Below, piece after piece: positions 49,524 to 61,269 of a stretch of DNA of 64,000 nucleotides; positions within the stretch are counted from its first letter, which is position 1, and each line of letters starts with the position of its first letter. A program made the translations under genes and the position numbers. The notes beneath the pieces were generated by a model that did no database searches, had not been told where the DNA came from, and was given only the letters and a program-made list of their open reading frames with translations. This stretch comes from Mytilus californianus (taxonomy: Eukaryota), in contig NW_026262581.1 in assembly GCF_021869535.1 (NCBI RefSeq), positions 125,240,001-125,304,000 of the forward strand. The letters run 5' to 3'.

Positions 49524-51759
49524 GTTACATTATAAAGTCAACTCTTCAATTGGAACTCCATCCCATTTAACCCATCACTATCCCAAATTTTCTAGTATGC
49601 CCAGGTTTTTATTCCATCATCCTTGAAAATATGAAGAAGTGATAATTTGTGGCAGAAAAAATTGAAATATTACATCATCACATAATAAAGAGACAATCTG
49701 CAAGATGGTACACATTGTTAGACATAAATGTTTGCAGGTTCACATATGACAAGTTATTTTCCTTCTATTTATCAAACAAAAGAAAACAAGATGACAACTT
49801 GATGTCTTCATTGTAAATTCCATAATCTTCTTTGGAATTTCTTTCTATTGTCATGAACAGGAAGTTCATTTCAAGAGTTCATATTATGTCACAATTAATT
49901 ATTTGAGGTCCCATAACTCTGTCAATTCTAATAAAACTGCATTTCACTGGACATGTGTTTTTCAGAGATAATCAGTATTACATTCCAAGATCCTACATTT
50001 TTAGAAGTAATATGTCTGAGAAAAATATTTAGTTTTTTTTTGGTTTCTTAACCATTGTTAACCTGTTGTTACAAATCAAATATTTACCATTTTTAATTTT
50101 CAAACTTATATAGTATAATGTTAATGCAGGGAATTTAGGTCTTTTATAAAATTGTCTACATTTATTGTCATGTAGATTTCAAATTTTGGGGTGTTAAGGA
50201 ACTGTAAAACATCATTGTCAATCCTGTCACCTTGAGTCATGGATGAGTTCCATTATTATTTCAATCCTATTCATTTATGTTGTTCTAGAACTTGGCTTCA
50301 ATTCAAAATTAATAAACAACAAAAAGTTTGTCATTCTAAGCACCATGAAATGTGTCTGCCTTAAATGAAGTGTTTCAGGAATTAACTAAACAATATTTCT
50401 ACATATCTGTTTGACATAATAGCATATAAATTTTCTGAGAATGCTAAAAGATTTGCCATTTCAACCTAATATTCTATTTTATTATAATCAAATGCAGGAA
50501 GAAGCTGCGCTAAGCAGAATGTTATATCACTCCCTTTATTCAAAACTTTCTGTTCCACAATCTTATCTTCCTAAAGGGAAATATCTTATAAAATAACTCA
50601 TTAATGTTAAAGGGAAATAACTCTTAAAATAACTTGTAAATATATCAAAGATATGTTCAAATTACATTTCTGAATTGTTGAAAGTTAGAAATAATGTTTT
50701 ACAAAAACATTAATAATACTAAATATCAATATCCTCTTCAGAAAGTATTGATTATTTAGTTGTTGTAGGTTTGTATTTTTGTATTTTATGTATTTCTATG
50801 CAATGTACTTAATTGAGCCTTTACCGATTGTTATAATTGCATTTGTGCTAACAAAATTTTGTCTATTGTCTCTTTTTTGGGGTCTCATAAATAGATGTAC
50901 TTATAAATACTCATCTCTATTGAACATAAATGTAAGTAAATCATTTTTATTACTCAATTTAATGAAATTACAAAAATTCTCAAAATAAATGTTATTTACA
51001 CCTGTTTTATATAAAACCATTTAACTTTATATAATCCTTGAAAAAACAAACAGGTGGAGAGAGCAATAAATTTTATGTGTCATGATATAATTTTACATGT
51101 GTTTTACATGTGTAAGTAAGTACAAAATGACCGTAAATAATGGAGACAAATGGTTGCAAATTAAGTATAATTTCAATAAGCCCTTGTTTTAAAGGCAAAT
51201 AACATTATTCATGTTTGGAATTAATTATTACATGTACGAAAGTGACATGTTCTGTACTGATAAAAAACAATCTAAATGAAGACAAATTGTCTTGATCAGA
51301 ATCATGTGTAGTACCCCTATTATTTTCCAATAAATCACAATGTTTGTGTTTTGTTGATTTCTTATAATTACTGACACATGTTTTATATGACTGTCAATTT
51401 ACAAGCATTTCTTTTATACCTCAAGAGGCTACTTAACTCCTTAGTCCAAAAATATTTTACTCTCAACCAAATCAACATAGTGATTAATCCTATATGTTTG
51501 AAACATAAAAGTTAATATTTTATTACCAATATAATCTTTATTAAATATGAATAACTAATCCTTAAATTACATGAGAAATAATGCATGTAAACTGTTGAAC
51601 TAAAGTCTGCCAATATTTCACATAAACCAAATCAGTTTTGTTCCAGTCACACTTACTCATATTTTGTGTTTAATATAAGTAAAATACATTTGTGATGGAT
51701 ATGAATAATAGAAACAATTAACCCAATAAAATAAATTAAAAAATTAAAAATAAATGGGG

Positions 51760-52348
51760 AATGTGTCCATGGGACATAGATGATGCCCCCGCTTGCATAC
51801 CATATAAAGTTATAAAGGGACATAACTGAAGAACGGTAAAAGTGACACCACCAAAATTCAAATTTGATCTGTATTTTGTGGTTATAAGCATTGTGTATAA
51901 GTTTCATAACATTTGGTTGAGGCAATCTAAAGTTAGAGAACGGAAACGAAAAATTCAGCAATTTTTCCATTTATAAAGGGCATAACTCTAGAACGGTTAA
52001 AGTGACGCCACTCAAATTCAAACTTGATCTGTATTTTGTGGTAATAAGCATTGTGTATAAGTTTCATAACATTTGATTGAGGCAATCTAAAGTTAGAGAA
52101 CGGAAACGAAAAATTCAGCAATTTTTCCATTTGTAAAGGGGCATAACTCTAAAATGGTTAATGTGACGCCACCAAAATTCAAACTTGATCTGTGTTTTGT
52201 GGTAATAAGCATTTTCATGTTTTGTATAAGTTTCATAACATTTGGTTGAGGCAAACTTAAGTTAGAGAATGGAAACCAAATTTTGGACCTACGTACGGAC
52301 AGAGAAGGGTAAAACTTAATACCCCCTCCACTACGGCGGGGGCATGAA
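51760..52348 (-). mobile_element. HINE-like element (atgcccccgc family), minus copy
   Basis: Reverse complement of the 16211-17191 family; intact 3' hairpin (tgtcccatggaca on the minus strand). Confidence 0.8.
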
Positions 52349-53880
52349 AAATATCTATGGTCTTCAATAATAGATGAGAATCTGTACCAGATACAAAGCT
52401 ATAAGTCACCAAAGTTTGTGACAAGAAGTTAATATAGAGACTACCACAGACCTGCCATCAATATTATATCTTTCAAGGGCCATAATGATATAATAAAAGA
52501 CAACCACTGAGGATGTTCCCGACTTGAAACACGCACTTAACATGTTACTCTCCCCCTTTTCTTGAAGTATTTGATAAGTCTGTGTTCATTCCATCACTCA
52601 AATTTTCTGAATATTTCCTATCAGTCCTTAAGTTTGAATGTGTCTATTTGTTATTACAAGGATTTAGTGGGATCAATGTTAAACATAAAAACTTCCTCCA
52701 GACAGATTAAATAAACTTACATAATGAGAATAACACATAAAAATAAATATTTACAAATGTTTTAACAAGGCTTGTTACTCAGCCATGGTGAACTTAAAAC
52801 TTTCCCACCATTTTCCTTCCTCTCAGTTAATTCGACAGTATTTCGGGGTAATCAGTATTTTCTGATAAGTAATTTTGATACAAAAAGATTGCATATACCA
52901 AATAATTTATTTTATGGCTACTATTTCAAAGTATTTCAAAGTTAAATGAAGTTATCTTTCACAGAGCAGGAAGTCTGCACTTAAAATGCTTGTCACATAA
53001 TACAACCCAAGTGGCATCTCTTACATTTTACATGATATAACAAGTCTGTGAAGAGATAAGTCACACAATTTATGTGGCATACAGGAGACAAAAAGATGGT
53101 ACTAACATTGTCTCCAAAACTAAACATTATGAAAATATTTCTAAGTCTATTGAATGTGGAATTTCAATAGAAGAAAGAGGTTTTATTTCCAATTATGGGC
53201 CCCCAAATGGCAAAAAACATTTGATATTACAATAAAAACATCAATAAGAATCTTGGGTTCCCATTTTTAATAAAACTGCAGACTAGGACTCTTAATTCAA
53301 AAGTGACTAAAAGGTGTATGCTGATATTTTGTTTGATTAATTCATGCAATTTAAGTTCTATACAAATAATATGAAAATGAATTTCAATGTTGCTGTAACA
53401 GAACAGGACCTACTTAAAGAGCAAACAGTTTAATTTACAAACCATAAATAATGCAAAGTATAGTGACAAATCTTAAAAGAAAGGGATTTAGGGCTTGAAA
53501 TACTATATTTCTATATTTTCTTCTAAATCACATTATGTAGCAAGTAAAAAGAAATACTGTGAATTCATTTTTATTTGAATGGTATTAACATTAGTTGACT
53601 TTAAGTTTAAAAGTAAACCACAAATATAAGTGTTCAACAATTTCAAATTTCTTATAGATTTGTTTGCAGAATTTGAAAAAAAAACATGAAATCAAATATC
53701 CTCAAAAATACAAATTTTCCTTCGTCAACAATAATTGGTTACCATGAACATGAACGTATTCACAGTATCATGGGATCTGTCTTTCATTAACAAACAGGTA
53801 GGTGCAAATATAAAGCTAATAAATGTGCAATTAAGCAATCATCAAACTGCTAATTAATAATGAATTAAAGTTCTACTTAC

Positions 53881-53893
53881 TTGTACTTGGTTC
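53881..53893 (-). CDS. MUSK: MuSK-like RTK 13-nt microexon (G-T-K-Y-K linker between Ig2 and the Frizzled CRD)
   Basis: tttcttctgcag|GAACCAAGTACAA|gtaagt. It converts phase 1 to phase 2 exactly as needed to join the 57723 and 48775 exons. Confidence 0.8.
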
Positions 53894-53942
53894 CTGCAGA
53901 AGAAACAATAAACAAAATCAGTATTATATAAACAGACAACAT
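53881..53942 (-). CDS. MUSK: Putative alternative first coding exon encoding a signal peptide (MLSVYIILILFIVSSAGTKY), sharing its 3' end with the microexon
   Basis: ATG at 53942 in ccAacATG context, 62 nt, stop-free, in frame with the CRD exon through the same GTAAGT donor. Has a hydrophobic core and small residues (VSSA|G). Confidence 0.65.
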
Positions 53943-56900
53943 GTTGGTCACAACAGATCTCACAGCACAAAATATCGCAAATGAAACACCGTTTGTAATC
54001 TTGCAGAATTTTTTCGTTGGTAGATTTTTGGATTAAATTTCACTTTTTGCTCTTTGAAAAGTTTTATAACCCTTTTATTGGTTATAAAATCCTCAAAAGC
54101 TGTCAAATGTTTTATTGTTTTATGTCCACTTAAGCCAAGTAAGCATTCCAGCAAATAGAAAAAAATAAGTAAATGTCTCATGTAAGTGTTAAGTCAGCAC
54201 TATTGTCTTATTTCCTCTTATTTACAAAAATTCTCTCCATTTATTTCCTACAATTGTACCAGCACACTCAAGTAGATACAATGCTTTTCTCTCACAAACT
54301 ATGTGAAATTGAGTATGAAATAGACGTGTGAATTCTTCCAACTTTTTGTGTCGAATGTCTCTTTCAAGTCTAAACTAGTAATTACAGTTTTATAATAAGA
54401 CAAATTCCAATCCTGTGCACACACAATTGAAACATTAAAATCTGATTAGTCAAACTTTAACATAACAATAGATCAATTTAAGGTTCTCATAAAAATTTTG
54501 ACCAAATCCTTTAAGTCAACAAGAATTGAAATTATAAAAGTCCCGCTAGACCATATAATTATATTGAAGCTTATATATTGCCTCTTCTTGTTTATCTTTG
54601 GATGTAACTAGTCATTAAGATTTTCTTTATCTTTTCAAAAAGTTTTCGTCCTATCTCCATGAAATCAGATCAGAGTGGTGAATGAACAGTTTGGCTTAGC
54701 TGACAGTCGGAGTTTCTAATGTCAACATGCTGAGGAATCAGAGATAAGGCCCTATGGCTCTCTCTGATAGCAATGGAAATCGTTTACTACTATCTCTCAT
54801 GCTCCCATTGAGAAGGCACTTGGATACATATAAATGTTTTCACAAATGTTTCAAGATAAATATCAACCATTACCAATTTTTTCTTCCAATTTGTACATCA
54901 TACAAAACAGCTATTTTGATATATTGAAAAAATTATCAGTATCACCTGTTTTACTTGTTTTCATTTAATCTACTTGAGTTCTGCTATGTTTAAGTTGATC
55001 TTGAAAACTTCAGTCAAGTATTCTATGTTTCTAATTTGTTCTACAGATTTAAAATATTTTTTTGTATTTCGCACTTTTCATGAAGTTGCCACTCTCACGT
55101 CAGATATATTCTTGATAGGTCAAAATATTGAAATATTTATCATCACAAATGTAGCTTTTAGTCTGATAATCACAATCTTAGAATTATATAATTTCCCAGA
55201 AATTCTACAATTTAGTATCTTAAATCTGTGTTCATCTCTTTAATGATAACAATTTTCAAGGTAAGAAATCCAGGTACTGAGGCACAATGAAGACAAAATA
55301 AATAAAATAATGCATATTCCTGCCAAATTTTCTGATATGCAGTCTCTTAAAACACTGATAACAAAGTAAAAGATCCTCTGATAAAATAGAAAAAAAATCA
55401 CATTTCTTATGAAAAGCTACTTTCCATTCAAAGCACTCCTGTAATGTAAGTAAATGCAAGCATTCCACTGAGTTGATAATATCTAAACTATAAATCCATT
55501 AAGTCCAGATACAATTCTTAAATTGTTCAAATTACTTTCAAAATTATGCAGAAAATTTACTTTAAGCCATACTGCAGTAATTTTACTTTCTGATCAATTT
55601 ATTTGTTCCAATCTGTTTTAATAATCTTTTTTTTTTTCAATAAAAGAATTAAAATTTCTTTGCTTTTTATCAAGCTCAAGTTAAAAGTAATTTTCTCTCT
55701 TTTTCCCATCGAACACACACAATTTTCATCAGAATTGTTTCTGGTTCCCATGTGAATATTGAATGAGATTAAACTAGTCTTTTGTTTCCTTTGTGTCAAT
55801 TTATTATTACTCATCACAGAGTTTGATACACATCATCACAAACATTAATATGTCCCTGCCCAAAACCAAAACATATGCCTAATGGACCATTTAATTGAAA
55901 ACTGACCCTATGGACATGATGACTGACCAATGGACAATACTTATCATACCTGATTATCACTATAAAGACTTTTATGTTACTTTAATGGAGCATTATATTA
56001 CAGAATCACAATAAGATCAAAGGTCAAACAGCTTAATAACAGTAGACTGCTGTTAATACATTAGAAAAGCATGTCCAACACTAGAAAAGGGAGGGGGAGA
56101 CATAGAAATGAGAGGATAACAAAATAGAATTAATCAAAGGAAAAGGGAGCATGGAAATAGGGGAGAGACAACTTCATTATATGGCTACAGCAGTTAATAT
56201 CAGGAAATATTGAATAGGAATAATGGAAGTAAGCAAAATGAAAATATTGAAAGGGAACAGATTCCAAAAATGAAATGGCAACCAAAAATATATTCATACT
56301 ATTCTATACTTAGTTGAATAAGAAGATAAAAAAATATGGAGTTAGTGTAACATAAGAGAGCATGTATCAGATTAAAATCTATTTATCTTTTAAATTGAGG
56401 GTGGGCATAAATAATCTTCTGAACTTTTTTATAATATTATTGTGTATTAATTACATTGCTACAGTAACATCATCACTAACGTGTTAAGAATCTACTCTGT
56501 TTCAAATAAAATATTCATTGCTCTAGCAAATTTTGTAGAAAATATTTGACATTTTATTATTAAACATTATCCTTCATACTTTCGTGCTTATAAAATTAAT
56601 TATAAAGGATTTTATTCATTTGTTATTCAAAACTGATTAAATTTTCTCATCTAAATATCAATTCATTTCCATTGCTACATTCAATTACAAGTATCTAGAA
56701 CAAGAACAAAATAGTAAACAATGAAATAAAATTAATATCCTGAGGATAAAATAAAGTGGTTAGGAGAAAAACTATTATGAAATGGAATGGAAACAAAGAA
56801 GCATTAACAGATGTACGGAGACAAAGGGAAATCTTCATAACAACATCACATGAATCACAATATTTCTCAACTACTGACGCCTCTGGTCTCAAAAGACAAA

Positions 56901-57099
56901 GACTGAATAAACAATGATACACAGATTTGGTAAACACTCAGATTCTTACAAATTTAATGTGATTCTTTAATTGCTTACTGAATGCATTTGCAATAACTCT
57001 ACTTCTAAAATTCTGACATATTTTGGGAGTATTTTAAGTTTAAAGAGTAAATAATGGTTTTCTTATTTCCAGTAAAATAAAAGTCATGTGACCTTCTCT

Positions 57100-57344
57100 G
57101 AGGGGGATGACATGCTGTTGGGATGTGGGATATAGGGGCACAAAAATGGGGATATGGGGCACAAAAATGGGGATATGGGATATAGGGGCACAAAAATGGG
57201 GATATGGGATATAGGGGGTAAAAAAGTGGGGATTTGGGATACAGGGGGTAAAAAAAAGTAGGATCTGGGAAAAGAAGGGGAAAACAAGTAGGAATTGGGA
57301 AAAAATTGCAAAAAAAAGTGAGATTTGGGAAATGAGCACCCCTC
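57100..57344 (+). repeat. G-rich degenerate minisatellite (ggggatatgggatataggggcacaaaaat, about 21-32-bp units)
   Basis: Read directly. Bounded by gagggg / cccctc, so probably a MITE relic. Confidence 0.75.
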
Positions 57345-57722
57345 TTCTATAATGCTCTTTACAATAATGACAACTTTTAACCATGAAAGATGTTGTCACT
57401 GAGGATGGAGAGAAAGGGATTATGGTCAGAGATTAGTTTTATCTAATGGCCTATCTATGCCATCATATAACTGTTAATTCAGAAATATCTATGTGTTTAA
57501 TATTGCTATAATTGAACAAATGTTGAAAATTCAAGATTAAATATTACAATTTCAGGAAATTTTGCAAAACCTATTGAATAAATTTTTTTTTCAATAATAA
57601 AAATTATTGAAAACCATCTTATTTTAAACAAGTCCATCTAATTTTAAAACAAATAACATATGATGTCGAGAATAGCTGGACTTGAAAAAAAAAGGGGAAG
57701 TGAAAATTAATTGTATACCTAC

Positions 57723-57915
57723 CAGAACACATCATTGTAACCTGGACATCTTGTCTGACTATGGCAAGTTTACCAGGAGGTGATTTAGGCTTGTTGTATG
57801 CTCTACATCCGTACCTACTGGTCTCTGTGACATTTTTGATAAGGAGTCGTGACAGAACATCATTGCCTTGTACAGTTGTGTAGATAGAGATCCCATCAGG
57901 AGGTGTGCTACCAAG
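57723..57915 (-). CDS. MUSK: MuSK-like RTK, second Ig domain, second half (LGSTPPDG...SRYGCRAYNK...VTMMCS)
   Basis: Not in the ORF track; read directly. Acceptor ccttttcag, donor TCTG|GTAGGT, 193 nt, phase 0-1. Supplies the second Ig cysteine (Y.C.A.N). Confidence 0.85.
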
Positions 57916-58049
57916 CTGAAAAGGACAGATCTTTCTAAAACATTTGCTTAAAACAAGACACTATGATAACAGGAGTGCACACACTGAAATGTCTTGCTTG
58001 CTTTACTGACCATTGATTTTATGTTGAGTCCTAAATATAAAGCTTTACT

Positions 58050-59003
58050 ACAAGTATCACATTAACTTAACATGATCCTAGAAAATGAGGTCAAGGTCAG
58101 ATAAACCAAACCGGCAATACTTGTACACCTTACAATCATTCCATACACCAAATATAGTTGACCCATTGCTTATAGTATCTAAGAAACAAACTTCACCATG
58201 AAAACTTAACATTGACCAATGAACCATGAATATGAGGTCAAGGTCAGATGATACCTGCCAGACAGACCTATACACCTGACAATAATTCCATACATCAAAT
58301 ATAGTTGACCTATTGCTTATAGTTTAAGAAAAACAGTTCAAAACACAAAAACTTAACACTGAGTAATGAACCGTGAAAATGAGGTCAATGTCAAATAAAA
58401 CCTGCCAGACTGACATGTACATCGGAAAATATTTCCATACACCAAATATAGTTGACCTATTGCATATAGTATTAGAAAAAAAGATCAAAACACAAAAACT
58501 TAACTTTAAAAACACTGAACCATGAAAATGAGGTCAAGGTCAGATGACACCTGCCAGATGGACATATACACCTTACAATCATTCCATACACCAAATATAG
58601 TAGACCTATTGCTTATAGTATCTGATATATTGACTTGACCACGAAAACTTATCCTTGTTCACTGATCCATGAAATGAGGTCGAGGTTAGATGAAAACTGT
58701 CTGACAGGCATGAGGACCTTGCAAGGTATGGACATACTAAATATAGTTATCATATTACTCATAATAAGAGAGAAATTAACATTACAAAAAATCTTAACTT
58801 TTTTTTCTCAAGTAGTCACTGAACAATGAAAATGAGGTCAAGGACAATGGACATATGACAGACAGAAACTTCATAACATAAGGCATCTATATACAAAGTA
58901 TGAAGCATCCAGGTCTTCCACCTTCTAAAATATAAAGCTTTTAAGTAGTTAGTTAACACTGCCGCTGCCAGATCACTATCCCTAAGTCACAGGCTCGACA
59001 AAA
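58050..59003 (-). mobile_element. HINE-like element with about six 147-bp tandem units
   Basis: atgaggtc unit marks at 58085, 58232, 58379, 58528, 58674 and 58832; head (minus) ttttttgtcgagcctg at about 58988-59003. Confidence 0.65.
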
Positions 59004-59751
59004 AATGGTATTAAGTTCTAAACTGAAAGAGGGTATCAGAAATCAAAATTATGGAATGAATACTGTTTATACATATAAAAATATGTGGTATGATTGCCAA
59101 TAAGACAACTATCCAACAAAGTTTAAATGAAGTGGATGTAAGCAATTATAACCAACTGTACAGCCTTCAACAATGAAAAAACATTTATTTGAAATGACAT
59201 ACTGTACAGGTCATTTATTCAAATGAAAGTTATAATTTTATTTCTTATTGGAGACTTACATTTTAGCAATACTTTATTTATACATCCTATAATCTAAAGT
59301 TACAAAGTATATAAAATCAGAAATTGCGTTCCTGTCAGATCTGAAAATTGTTCACACATCACAACTCTTATAATGTCAAGCTGCTTAACAAATATAAAGT
59401 CATTCTGTTGAATGGTACTGAAGAAATGTGTGACAAGAAGATTCAACATATAGAAAAATTCAAAGTATCAGCCAATAGGAAAGTGCTCACAGGTTTTAAC
59501 TCTTCACTGTCAAGCTGGTGACCAAATATGAAGTCATTCTGTTCAGTAGTTCATGAGAAAATTATGACAAAACTATTTGCTTGACAAAAAGAAATACAAC
59601 AGAAAAGTAAAATTTCAAAGCTTCAGGAAAGCATGTATTGCTGAACTGGTATTTATGCCTCTATTTCAAGAATATGGGATTTTTTTATGTGGTCAGCAAA
59701 AAATGATTGCCACAGGGTTTCTCTTGAACTACATATTTTTATCAGCTATAC

Positions 59752-59879
59752 CTCTACTCCATTTTTGCTCCAGATCATTGTTGGTACTGGAATCCCTGCT
59801 ACATTACAGACCAGCTGAACTGGGTTCCCACACTTTACAGTTCGGTTATATGGTATCAGTCCAACAAACTTGACTGGCA
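59752..59879 (-). CDS. MUSK: MuSK-like RTK, second Ig domain, first half (VPVKFVG...LVCNVAGIPVPTMIWSKNGVE)
   Basis: Acceptor ttttcag, donor GAG|GTATAG, 128 nt, phase 1-0. Contains the C...G.P.P...W.KNG Ig motif. Confidence 0.88.
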
Positions 59880-59957
59880 CTGAAAACGTATTTATTTGAA
59901 AGTGATAAAACAGTTGTTTTTCTTTAATATTTGGCAACATTCACAAATAAATGATAT

Positions 59958-60155
59958 AAATGTAAATTCAGAAATTATTGTGAGGTTTTTATTAATTGAA
60001 TAATGTGACTGGGTGAGCATTGATATAATAAGTACTTGCATTCTGAATATATCTGCATGCATATTTTCCAGAAATTGCAATAATATTCTCACAATTTTGT
60101 CCATTCTTCAAAAATCACGATAATAAATGCATGCAACAATTTCTGAATTTACAAT
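59958..60155. mobile_element. About 200-bp MITE, uninterrupted copy
   Basis: TIR tgtaaattcagaaatt / aatttctgaatttaca; homologous to the split element at 25186-26101. Confidence 0.7.
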
Positions 60156-60374
60156 ATTTGTTACTAGTTACAGCTCTTTGCTTCAAAAGTACTTTCATTT
60201 AGTAAAAATGATTGGATGTCCTTCAGCTAAACTTTTATAATAAATATATCCTGGGAGATGGACATAGCTTTATCTTGAAGTAATATAAATTATAACTTTG
60301 ATGTACATATAATACATCTTATGAGACTATGAGACAACACAGTTTCTTTTCCACGGTTGACCCAATGAACTCAC

Positions 60375-60686
60375 CTTGAACTTCTAAGAACACTTTGTGA
60401 GATATTAGTGTTTCGTTGCCATGTTTGACTTTGCAAAAGTATTCTCCCCTGTCCTTCACATGCACGTGTATAATCTTCAAACTTCCTGTCTTCTTATTTA
60501 TGTCATACTTAGCATGGCCAGTATCTTCATCTCGGCTAAATCTATCTTTTATTCTCTCACCATCCTTGAACCATTTATACAGTACATGATGATGGGAATT
60601 TGTACGTTTGTTAGCTCTACAGTGAAAGGTATGGCTGTAGTCAGCTGAAACAGTGGCATTTTTTGGTGGCTTAATAATTTCTAATT
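60375..60686 (-). CDS. MUSK: MuSK/Nrk-family RTK, Ig-like domain exon (most 5' exon found)
   Basis: Acceptor ccttttcag, donor CAAG|GTGAGT, 312 nt, phase 1-1. Has I-set Ig hallmarks FHC...YKWFKDG...DRGEYFC. The upstream signal-peptide exon was not found in the window. Confidence 0.85.
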
Positions 60687-61269
60687 CTGAAAAGGATAAA
60701 AAATATAAATAATTTAGAATATTGTTTTTAGTATCATAAGTATCATAAATGGACATTAAGGATCAGGTATCAATAATTTCTAAGTGGTGACCTGTAGTTG
60801 TTTATATCATTATTCTTGGGTGTTAGCTGGATAGTCCTCTCACCTGAAATCAAATCACATCTCCTTATTTTCATATTAAAAAATAAACAATTTCTTCAAC
60901 CAGATCAAAGGCAAAAAGCCAAATAACTCCATAAAGAAGCTATTCAAACTAAACTGTCATCTTTAAATTCTATTTGACATAAGAGTTCAAAAGTTGAGAA
61001 CTATTTCAACCAAAGGAGAATACCTTCCACAAGTACTCTATTTTCAATCTTAAATTTACTTTGCAACAGGTGTTCCAATTAGCGTATAGTTCCATAACTA
61101 CTGGTAATAATTTAGCTTATATATAGTACCTTTTTTACCAACAGGTGATTTCCCATGAGGGACATAACATGAAAATTGTCTTAATTTTTTCAACAAATCA
61201 TTATAAAAAGGGATATGTGGTGTGTTTGCCAAATGCTATAACTATCAACACAAAAGGGCAAGGATGTAA

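Noticed and set aside
57040-57399. Pro/His/Ile-rich ORFs
   Set aside because: Translations of the G-rich minisatellite.
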